A DNA stretch of 32,401 nt from Prasinococcaceae sp. CCMP 1430 (lineage: Eukaryota > Plantae > Prasinodermophyta), in assembly GCA_013416795.1 (NCBI GenBank), contig RQSC01000028.1:940068-972468 (forward strand). Reading direction: 5' to 3'. Made by a program: the position numbers and the translations under genes. Of the stretch, positions 20,662 to 29,688 are shown in pieces. Under the pieces are notes generated by a model. That model worked only from the letters and a program-made list of their open reading frames with translations. It was not told the DNA's origin and did not search any database. Each line of letters opens with the position of its first letter. Position 1 is the first letter of the stretch.

Positions 20662-22062
20662 CTAGACATTCATGCGCACGATTGAGCTCACCGCGGCTGA
20701 CTTGAGTGTCGAGGACGGCCTGAAAGGCTCCGAGTTGACGAACGCCGGCGTGTACTTGGGGCGCTTCTCCGACCCCTCCGGATCAATCTCAGCCGCGTGC
20801 GCAGGGAACTGGATAGCAAGCGCGCGTGTCCGCGCGCGCGCGGCGCGTCAGTGCGCGAACCACCGTGCGTGGAAGAGCAAGCCGTCGCCAGCCTCGGCAG
20901 GAGCGTCGCGCGCGCCCATGCAGCGCAAAGCGCAACGACGAACGCGCTAACCTTGTTGATGGGTGCGTTGTATCCCTGCTTGGACGGGTTGGTGGGCACG
21001 AAGGGTGTGAGCCCCTTCTCGACAGGCGGGGGCTTGGCATAGTCCGGCGGGATGTACTCATACTCCTTAATCACCCCCTGGGCACCGCCGAGCGTGGTGC
21101 CCGGGACGCCAGGCCCGCCCTTGCGTGTCGGGTTGGCGGGCCTGAAGGGCTTCTCGGTGACGCGAAGCTTGTGCGACTCGGCGCGCTCGCGAATGTCTTT
21201 CTTCCTCTGCAAGTCGTACGGGTCGCTTGAGTAGGTGTACTCGCCGACGCTCCCCTTAGCAGCCTGGCCGATGTTCAGCTTGATCATGCCGTACGTGCCC
21301 CGCTTGCTCGGATTCGTCACGATGTTACGCGGACGCTCGACCACGTCGCCTTTCTTGAGGGGCGTCTCCGCCGCGGAGACGGGCATCGTCTTGAGCTGCG
21401 CGTGCGAATGAAGGCGCGCGTGCGCGTGGCGCGGCCGTGGGCGCGCGGGCGGGCGAGCGGCGCACGTGTGAGTGGCGGCCTTCGCTGTGCCAACTCGAGT
21501 CTTGCGGCCATGCGTGGGGCAAAGCTCCCACGGCGCGCGCGGGCGCATGACACGGGCGGGCGGCTGCGAGCGGCTCGCACTGCACATGCGCGGGCGCGAA
21601 AGAGCACGGAGGCGTGCGGCGGCCGCCGCGGCGCGTCTCGCAGTCCTCGCGTGCCCGCTCGCCCGGGGCCGCGCTGCAGCCCGCCGGCGACCTGAGTGCG
21701 GCGAGCGGCGCCAGCTTGCCTTGCGCCGCGTTGCGCTCGCTCACCTTAGACAGGCACCCATAGTCACCCCCGAGCCCCGAGCTCTCTTTGCCGGGGTTGG
21801 AGGGCCTGAAGGGCGCAGTCTGGACGTATCCCTTCTGGCTCTCCAGGCGCGCGCGCCGCTTCTCCTTGTAGTCCTGCGAGTATTTTTCGCCCGCGTAGAG
21901 GGGCGCGAATTTCCCGAAGGTGGCGTCGTTGCCCTTGCCGGTGCGCCGGCTGCCCGATTTGAAGTTGAGGCCACCGTGCCGGTCGTCGCGCGACTGTTTC
22001 TTCTCGTACGGGTCGCCGATGGAGTTGTAGCCGGGCTCGGAGAAAGTGCCGTACTTGGACAT
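20662..22062 (-). CDS. CFAP96: Cilia- and flagella-associated protein 96 (C4orf47/UPF0602-like), 302 aa; exons 22062-21745, 21395-20952, 20808-20662
   Basis: GTFSEPGYNSIGDPY start, recurring PFRPSNP/PFRPANP/PFVPTNP/PFRPSS motifs, GLGGDYG, and RNIVTNPSKRGTYG. All introns are phase 0. Confidence 0.75.
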
Positions 22063-22407
22063 GGTGTGGGAGCGGGGGCGTCCGCCGGCGTCCCCCCTCA
22101 CACCCACCCACCACCACCCACCTACTGCCCTCCTCTTCCTTCGCCTGCCCGTGGTCCTGCGCGAGGCACGCGCCGCCCTCGCCAAGCGGACCTCCGCCCC
22201 ACGCCTGCCGCCGACCGCAACGTGCGCCCCGGGTGCCGTCCCGGTCGGTGGATGCAGCACACGCGCGCCGGCCTTGCCGCCCCCGCCGCGCCGCCGCGCG
22301 TGCAGCCGAGCCAATCGACGCCGGTAGCGGCGGCGGCGGCGGCCCACCCGTCACGTCACGCATGTGGCGCGCCCCCGGTCGGCCGGCCGCCTGGCCGCAA
22401 GCTCCCT

Positions 22408-22412
<5 letters not shown>

Positions 22413-22438
<26 letters not shown>
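22413..22438. repeat. (CT)n microsatellite; others include (CATCC)n at ~15196-15220 and TTTGGTTGGTTG x3 at ~22924-22959
   Basis: Read directly. Confidence 0.8.
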
Positions 22439-23134
22439 CCGCAGTCCTGCCTGCACATCCACGTCCTAGCCCGCTCCGTCCGCCACCGCCGTCCTCGCCG
22501 GCCGCGGTCCGCGCGCGCGCCCTCCCCCCCCTTTTCCCCTTCCCCTTCACCTCCCGTCCCGCAGCCGGCCGGTGCGTGCTGCGCGCGCGTCCCAAAGCGG
22601 GAGCGTCGCAGCCCGCCGTTGCGTCGAGTGGGAACGGACGGTGCCCGGCCGCATGGCAGGGAGACCGCTCCGGCCGGCCGGCCGGCTGGGCGGCAGCGTG
22701 CCCCCGGGCTGGATGGGTTGGCGGTCCCTCCGTCCGCTGCCGCCTCCTCCGCGCGGCGCGCGGCGCGGCCCAATCAGATTGGGGATGGAACCGCGGAACT
22801 CTGCCTCGCGCGACGACGACGAAGCGGAAGCGGCGCGGGCGTGTGCCCCTCCCCTTGTCTCCTGCTTTTGCCCGTCCGTCTGTTGTTGGGTGGGTGACTT
22901 TGATTGCGTGGGTCATTTGGTTGTTTGGTTGGTTGTTTGGTTGGTTGTTTGGTTGGTGGTCGCCGCGCGCCCTCGCGCGCGCGCGCGCGTTCGCGGGCAT
23001 CCGCTCTGTGCCTGCCTGTCAGTCTTCGGCCGGCTCTGCTCCCGCCGCCTCGCTGCAGCGGCGGCCGGCCGCCTCACTGGCGGCTGCGGCGCAGCGGAGG
23101 GGCGGGGCAGGGCCGAGGGGAGGAAGGGGGGGGG

Positions 23135-23342
23135 NNNNNNNNNNNNNNNNNNNNNNNNNNNNNNNNNNNNNNNNNNNNNNNNNNNNNNNNNNNNNNNNNN
23201 NNNNNNNNNNNNNNNNNNNNNNNNNNNNNNNNNNNNNNNNNNNNNNNNNNNNNNNNNNNNNNNNNNNNNNNNNNNNNNNNNNNNNNNNNNNNNNNNNNNN
23301 NNNNNNNNNNNNNNNNNNNNNNNNNNNNNNNNNNNNNNNNNN
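23135..23342. other. Assembly gap (208 N)
   Basis: Run of N just upstream of the integrase-repeat protein ORF. Confidence 1.
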
Positions 23343-24945
23343 GCAGACGCGGCGCGCGCGCGCCGCCCTGCGCGGGTTCGCGGCGGCGGCGGCGGCGGCG
23401 GAACCTGAGATGGACATGACGGCCGCAAAGGCGCGCGTCGACGCCGACTTGGAGGAAAACTTCGACATCGAGGAACTCTTGGATCTGCTGGACGACGACG
23501 CGGAGCGGCATTCCCCGCCCTACGACTCCCAGCTTGAGTCGCGGCTCGAGACGTGGCGTGACCAGCGCGCTGGCGACCGCATGGAGCTGGGTTTCACCGA
23601 GCATGCCCAGCGGCAGCAGCAGCGGCAGCAGCAGCGGCGGCAGCGGCAACCGCAGTGGGGCGAGGGTGCCCCGGAGGAGCCGCGCGAGGAGGGCGGGGGC
23701 GCGCACGCGGTGGGTGCGGGTCGCGCCGGTGCGGGGGGCGCGTCGGTGACCGGGCGTGACTCTGCGGAGGCGGTGGGATTCCTCCCTTTCGAGGAGGCGC
23801 GCGACAAGGCTCGCCTGCTCGCGTCGGCGGGCGCGAATAGCGAGCTGCTGTATAGGCGCATGGTGTCGGCAGGGGCGGCGGGCACCGAGGGGCTGCCGCT
23901 TCACCCGCACCGAGTCTATCGGCTGGAGGGTTGGCAGTACTGGGAGGACTTTCTGGGCACCCCCGGCGACGTGGGCATATTTCTGCCGTACGAGGAGGCG
24001 CGCGAGAGGGTCCACCAGGCGGGCATCAGAAGCCAGCGCACCTTTCGCGACCTGATCAGGGCGCGCGACCCGCGGCTCGTGGGCGTGCCCATCAACCCGT
24101 CGACGGGCTACGCGAAGTCGGGATGGGTGAGCTGGGCGCAATTCCTCCCCAAAAGCGTCAAGCCCATGTCGCAGGCCGTGACGCTGCTGGCGCCCATGCG
24201 GCTGCGAAGCAAGGCAGACTTCGAGCAGCTGTCGAGGTGGGGCATTCGGCCCGCGGGGGTGCCGTCCAATCCGTCGGCGCACTACATGCCCCACGTCAGG
24301 GAGCACGGCCTGCCCGGCGATAAGCACAACAAGAACCCCACCGAGGAGGAGTTTTGGGACGCGCTGCTCGGCGTGCGCGCGCGCGCGCTCGCAGATGAGG
24401 GCCGGGCGGAGCTCGGCCCTCCGCGCTACCTGACCTACCTCCGCACGCGACGCTTCCTCGATCGCTGGGTGCAGCCGGAGCTCACATGCGAGGAGGACTA
24501 CGAACAGTGGGCGAGTCACGACGAGTCGAGGCGCGGCGCGTGGGCGGGCACATTTCGCCGGCCGGAGAGCATCCCCGAGGACCCGATGTCCGCGTACGCC
24601 AATCGCGGCTGGCGCGGCTGGAGCGACTTTTGCGCGGTCACCGACACGACCAGGTGGTCCGTTCACATCGCACGCCGCCGCCTGCGGCGGCGCACCAAGG
24701 TGGCGGAGCTTCTCAAAGAGGGAGTGCCCATGGACGAGCTGCCGCAGAACTTGGTGACCACCATGGACTTGCCGATGTTCAGGGACGAGCTCGACGAGGC
24801 TTTCTACGAGGCCGAGAGGGCCAGGACTTTCTCCAAAGTGGCCGCCGAGGAGGACGGGGCCGACGACGTCGACGAGACGGACGTCGATGCGGACCTCGAG
24901 GGTGCGGACGACGACGAGCCGGTCATCGCGCAGGCGGGCCTGTGA
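23343..24945 (+). CDS. Protein with four tandem phage-integrase-repeat-like units (Pfam INT_rpt/PF14882-like), a putative mitochondrial presequence and an acidic tail; 5' end in the gap
   Basis: Units at ~23779-23958 (FLPFEEARDKARLL...LPLHPHRVYRLEGWQYWEDFLG), ~23980-24150 (FLPYEEARERV...VPINPSTGYAKSGWVSWAQFL), ~24151-24372 (KPMSQA...LRSKADFEQL...RPAGVPSNPSAHY...FWDALLG) and ~24427-24636 (YLTYLRTRRF...RPESIPEDPMSAYANRGWRGWSDF). Confidence 0.7.
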
Positions 24946-25142
24946 GCGCCCCACGCTCGGCCACACGCGCGCGTGATCGTGCGTGGCCATGCGCGTGCGC
25001 GCACGGCCCGCCGCCCAATTTTTTGGTTTGCTGTATGCTACGGATTTAATAGCGTGTATTGTACCCGCGCGTCCGCTTGCGCCCGGCACGAGCGACTGGG
25101 AGCGAGCGGGGCGTGCGCGGCATGTGTCTGGGTGGCGCTCCA

Positions 25143-25862
25143 TCACGACTCGCAGCCGAAGTTGCTGCTCCGGCGCCTGGCGCCGTACGGCCGCGCCGTG
25201 CACTGCGACGGATTCTCGTCGGGAAATCCCCAGTCCCAGTACCCCGACGGGGTCGACTTCTGAGGAGCGGGCGTCGCCTCGTCCGCCGCGTCTGTGGGCG
25301 CCTCGGCCGTGCGTCCGCGATGGTGCTCCGGGGTCCGCCACCCCGCACCCTCGGGACGCCACCACGGCGCGGGCTGCTGCTGATGTGGCGCCTCGAGGGG
25401 CGACGCGCCGCCCCCGGGCGCGCACGTGCCGGCGCGCGCCGCCTCCCTCGCCGTCTGCAGGAAGTCGGGGGAGTCCGGCTCGACGTCCGTTCGGCGCCAC
25501 TCGCCGAAGGGCACCTTGGCCTGCCTGCCGCCTTTCGCGGCGGCGGATCCTCGCTTGCGCTTCGCGCGCCCGGCGTCGCCGCGCGACTGCCACGCGCCCC
25601 CGCCGGAGTCTTGCGTCGGCACGGCGGGGTCGGTGTCGTCGCCCACGTCCGACCCGGTCCGTGCGTTCGCTGACGGCTTCGCTTCCCCTCCTTCCGAGGC
25701 GGCGGCGGCAGCTGCGGCTGCGAACGCGGGCGCGGCCGGGGGAGCGGCCGGTGGCGCGGGCGGCGGTTTGATGAAAAGGAGGCTCCGCGGGGCAGCGCCG
25801 GGGCACGCGAGGGGGGGGGGGACGCCCCACGTCGCGCGCCGCGCCGGGGCGCACCCCCGCAT
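25143..25862 (-). CDS. Hypothetical low-complexity protein (~239 aa)
   Basis: Open frame with GC-ending codons (…AKRKRGSAAAKGGRQAKVPFGEWRRTDVEPDSPDFLQTAREAAR…GYWDWGFPDENP…). It converges on the previous gene across an AT-richer spacer. The start is uncertain. Confidence 0.45.
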   Translation of the reverse strand: MRGCAPARRATWGVPPPLACPGAAPRSLLFIKPPPAPPAAPPAAPAFAAAAAAAASEGGEAKPSANARTGSDVGDDTDPAVPTQDSGGGAWQSRGDAGRAKRKRGSAAAKGGRQAKVPFGEWRRTDVEPDSPDFLQTAREAARAGTCAPGGGASPLEAPHQQQPAPWWRPEGAGWRTPEHHRGRTAEAPTDAADEATPAPQKSTPSGYWDWGFPDENPSQCTARPYGARRRSSNFGCES

Positions 25863-25964
25863 GGGACCAAAAAAAAAAAAACGGTCCCAAATCTGCGGCC
25901 AAGGGCGCAGCTCGTCGCGCGTCCTTTCGCGTGGATTCGGATTTGGATTTGCGGAGCCCGTCAG

Positions 25965-25982
25965 CCGAATTCCGGAATTCGG
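25965..25982. promoter_or_regulatory. Perfect 18-bp palindrome CCGAATTCCGGAATTCGG
   Basis: Self-complementary as read; it lies upstream of the 25143-25862 ORF with other inverted repeats. Confidence 0.4.
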
Positions 25983-26866
25983 TTGCGGACTGGGAGCGGA
26001 GGTGCTCTCAGATCCATGTTCAGATGCGCGCAAACGACACCGCCGGGAGGCGATTCGAATCGCGGTGGAAAGCGACGGGGCGGGGCGAACGCGCGGCCCG
26101 GGCGCGCGCGCGCGCGAAAAAGCGCGAAAAGCGCGCCGGTTGTGTGGGGCCGTTTTTTTTTTACCGGCCCTGCTGCGCGGCTGTTGCGCGCCGCGGCAGC
26201 AGAGGCCGAAACGAAGGCGGGGGGGGGCACCGATCGGCGGAGGGTGCAAGCACTGGCCTCGGGAAGCACAGAGGGTGGGTGGGTGGGTGGGTGGGTTGGG
26301 GTGGGGGCGCACGCGCGCGCGCGCGCGCCGTGTGATGGCTGCCCCCCCCCCCCGTTCGCCGGCGCAGTACGCCAGCGGCGGCGAACCGGGGAACAGACAG
26401 CAAATTACTCCGTGAAAAACGAAAGACAATCGACTCTGCGATACCAAGCACCCCGCGATTTCGCAATTGCGCTCGCGCCCTGCGGGGCTCGCGACCATGT
26501 CCTCCGCGCGCCGAACGAGCGCGCCGAGGGTGGAGCGCCGCGGGAAGATGGGGGACGGGCCGCCGTCGACGGAGGAAGGCGCGCGCGAGCAGAGGCATCC
26601 AGGTCGCGCACTTTCACCAAGGGATGCTCGGGGGGGGACAAGCCAGTGGTGCATGGCGCGTTGCTGATCCCCCCGCGCACGCGCAAGCATGGTCTGCCGA
26701 GACCCCCTTTGACCCATGCGACCAATACGGCCATGCGTCAGCCTGTCGCGCAGCAGCACGTTCGCGAACCGGCGCCAGCAAGACGCCGCTCCCTCGACCG
26801 AACCTCTCGCCGTCGACGCTCGACGGCGATGTTGTGATGTACAAGCAGCAAGTGCTCATGAATTAT

Positions 26867-27935
26867 TTACTTCGCCGCCTGCATCTTGAGCACCTTCTAC
26901 TCAGGCGCGACGGGCGAGGGTGCGTGCGAGAGCGGCTGGGTTAGCATCGGCTGCAATGGGCTCGGGTGCGCACAACGAGGCGCATAGCGGCGCTGTCTGC
27001 GACGCGCGCACACGCCGCCCGCCCGCCCGCTTGCCAGCAGGGCGCGGCGGTCCGCCCACGCGGCGCAGCCCGCTGCGTCCGCGGCGACAGAGGAGAGCGT
27101 GGCGGTGCTGGCACTGAGAACTCGTGCGCTCCTCCCCTCCTCCCCCCCCTCCCTCTCCCCCGCCGCGCAGGCGAAAGCACGCGAACGCGGCCCGGGAGCG
27201 GTCGCGTCTTCACCCGTGCCACGCGCGGCCCGAGGCCGTGCCCTCTGCTGACCGCGCGGTCGTGCGTCTGCACGTCCCCACTGCCTGCAACTTGCCATGC
27301 GGCGGCACTTTTTTTTCCCACGCGACCAAAGAAAAAAAAAGCGCGCGGGAGCGGGCGCGCACGCCGCCGCGCGGGGGCGCCCCGCCAGCGGCGCGCGCGT
27401 CCAACGGCCCGTTCGCCGCCACGGGTGTGTGCTAGTGGCCCGTCCGATCCCCGCGACGGCGCACGCGCCCCAGGGACCGGCGCCCCCTTCCCCCCGCGCC
27501 CGTGCGCGCGCGCGGCGGCGGGCGCGCGCGCGCGCGAAAAAAGCCCCCATCGGCGCGCGCCTCCGCAGGCGCTTTACCCTAACGCCGACGCGTCGTCGTC
27601 AGGGCGGCCGGCGCGCCGCGCACCTTGACGATCTTCTGCTCCTCGACCAGGAAGGCACGCACGATGCGCGACTTGACGACGTCGTGCGCGAGGCAGCCGC
27701 CGTACGCCCTGTTGACGGTCTTCTGGCGGCGCGACATCAGCTTGCGCGACATCTTGGTGGGGCGCACCGCCTTGATGCCCTTGAGCGTGCGGCCCGACTC
27801 GCGGCACGTGGGCGCGTTGGCCCTCTTGGTCGTGTACTGCTTGCGCAGCACGCCGCCCGGCGTGCGCACCACGCGGGTCTTGTTCGACTTGGTGGCGTAC
27901 GCGTGGCGGCGGCGGTACTGGAGGCGGGCACCCAT
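26867..27935 (-). CDS. RPL34: Cytosolic 60S ribosomal protein L34 (eL34), 113 aa; exons 27935-27624 and 26896-26867
   Basis: MGARLQYRRRHAYATKSNKTRVVRTPGG...VNRAYGGCLAHDVVKSRIVRAFLVEEQKIVK|KVLKMQAAK-stop. AAG|GTGCGC donor and TAG|AAG acceptor restore the canonical KIVKKVLK. Confidence 0.95.
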
Positions 27936-28697
27936 GGCGACGGGCCGCGGCGCGGCTGCAGCAGGCGCGCTGTGTGGCCCTTCCCCCCCGCCCCCGCGCA
28001 CGCGTCAGCCGCCTCCGCCGCGGCGAAAAAAAAAGCACGGCATAATAAAATAAAAATAAAAATAAAACAGAATTGTTCGCCGGGAAACAGCATGGCGAGC
28101 GGAACGAAACGACCGGGTTTTACGTGGGACAAAACCGCGTCCCGTCCGCAAAAACCGCACGCGCGGCGGCGCGCGCGACGAAACCTCGCCGAGGCGTGCG
28201 CGCGCGGCGCCGGGTCAGATCACAACGCAGGCGCGCGGCGGGCAGCCGCCGCCGCCGCCGCCGCCTTTGCCGCGCGGCGCAAAACAAAGGGGAAAAAAAA
28301 AAAGGGGGTCGGTGGGGGGAAGAGGGCAGGTGGCCTGCGGGAGGGTGTCCCGCGCGCGTGTGATGGAGACAAGGAAGCGGAGGCGAAGCTCGCGCTCGCC
28401 ACCAGCCAGGCCGAGCCCTCGGTCAGGCCCGTCATCGTCCGTGGCATCGCCTTGCAGGCTCGGTCGGAGTGCCGCGAGGGCGTTGCATGCGGCGGTGCGA
28501 CCTGATCGCGTGGGGTCTGACCTCGCGGCGCCCCCGACCCGCCGGCGTCCGCGCTGCTGCGTACGGGGAGAGTCGGGGCTGACGAGAGCAGCCGAGGCGC
28601 GCCGATGCTCTCTGCTGCAGCTGCAGGCGCAGCAGCGCGTGCTCCCGAAGCTGCGTGCAGCAAAGCATGCTGAGATGTAGTTACGGTTTTGATCATA

Positions 28698-28705
28698 TAG
28701 GGTTT
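28698..28705. promoter_or_regulatory. Telo-box TAGGGTTT in an AT-rich patch upstream of the GrpE exon
   Basis: Exact match to the reverse complement of AAACCCTA. Confidence 0.35.
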
Positions 28706-28782
28706 ATATTGTGGTCAAAACGCATTGCAATTCGGCCGGCGGCGCGCGCGCGAGCCGGCGGCCCCCCGCGCGCGCGCCACAG

Positions 28783-29450
28783 AGGCGACCGCCGAGGGCG
28801 CCACGCGGTCGGCCGGCGAGGGCGAGGCCGACGCCGAGGGCGAGGCGGCCGCCGAGGGTGCCGGTGCCGAGCAGGAGGTCGAGGTGCAGGAGGATGGGGG
28901 CGAGGCCGCGGGTGGCGCCGACGGCGGGTCTGAGGCGGACGCGCAGCTCGCCGAGGCGCAGGCCAGGTCGGAGGAGCTCGAGGCGCAGCTCGCCGACATG
29001 AAGGACCGCATGCTGCGCGTCACCGCCGAGGCGGAGAACGTGCGGGAGCGCTCCAGGCGCCAGCTCGAGGAGGGCAAGAAGTTCGCCATCCAGAAGTTCG
29101 CCAAGGAGCTGCTCGACGTGGCGGACAACCTGGCGCGCGCTGCGGAGGCCGTGCCGGAGGAACAGCGCAAGGCTGACGGCGCCGAATCGGGCTCGCCCGC
29201 GGCCATGCTCGCGGCGCTGTACGAGGGCGTCACGATGGTGGACGGGCAGCTGCTGGGCGTGCTTGGCAAGCACGGCGTCGAGAAGATCGACCCGCTGGGG
29301 GAGGAGTTCGATCCGAACGACCACGAGGCCCTCTTCGAGGTGCCCGACCCTTCCAAGGAGGCGGGCACTGTGGCGCACGTGCAGAAGCCCGGCTACAAGC
29401 TGCATGGCCGCGTCGTGCGTCCTGCTCAGGTGGGCGTCTACAAAGCCTGA
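28783..29450 (+). CDS. grpE: GrpE nucleotide exchange factor, mitochondrial type (Mge1); first exon with the presequence unresolved
   Basis: DRMLRVTAEAENVRERSRR...KFAIQKFAKELLDVADNL...LYEGVTM...FDPNDHEALF...GTVAHVQKPGYKLHGRVVRPAQVGV. Candidate CACAG|AG acceptor at 28782/28783. Confidence 0.92.
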
Positions 29451-29688
29451 TCCGCGCGCCGACTGCCCCCACCCCGCCGCGCTTCGGCCGTTCCGAACGC
29501 GCTCGTGGGCGCGCCGCCGTCGCGCGCGTGGCGAGCACGCCGCGGCGCGAGGCCTCTGCGCGAGCATTTTTCCTGGGCGACGACGCTACGAAACGTTTTT
29601 GTCGCAATTACTCGTACAGGGGTGCGCTGGGGGCGCGGGCGCGCGCGGGCGCGCGTGTGTATGTGGGTGCGGGTGCGCGTCGCAGCCA

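Noticed and set aside
21472-23134. N-terminal half of the 1157-aa ORF
   Set aside because: It is antisense to CFAP96 and crosses microsatellite-rich intergenic DNA. Only the part after the gap has coding character.
23779-24636. Repeat units as evidence of a prophage or integrase mobile element
   Set aside because: There is no tyrosine recombinase catalytic domain, terminal repeats or viral genes, and the codon usage and GC content match the host.
23074-25902. 942-aa minus-strand ORF and similar Arg/Ala/Pro-rich antisense ORFs
   Set aside because: These are shadow ORFs of GC3-biased genes on the opposite strand, with no recognisable motifs.
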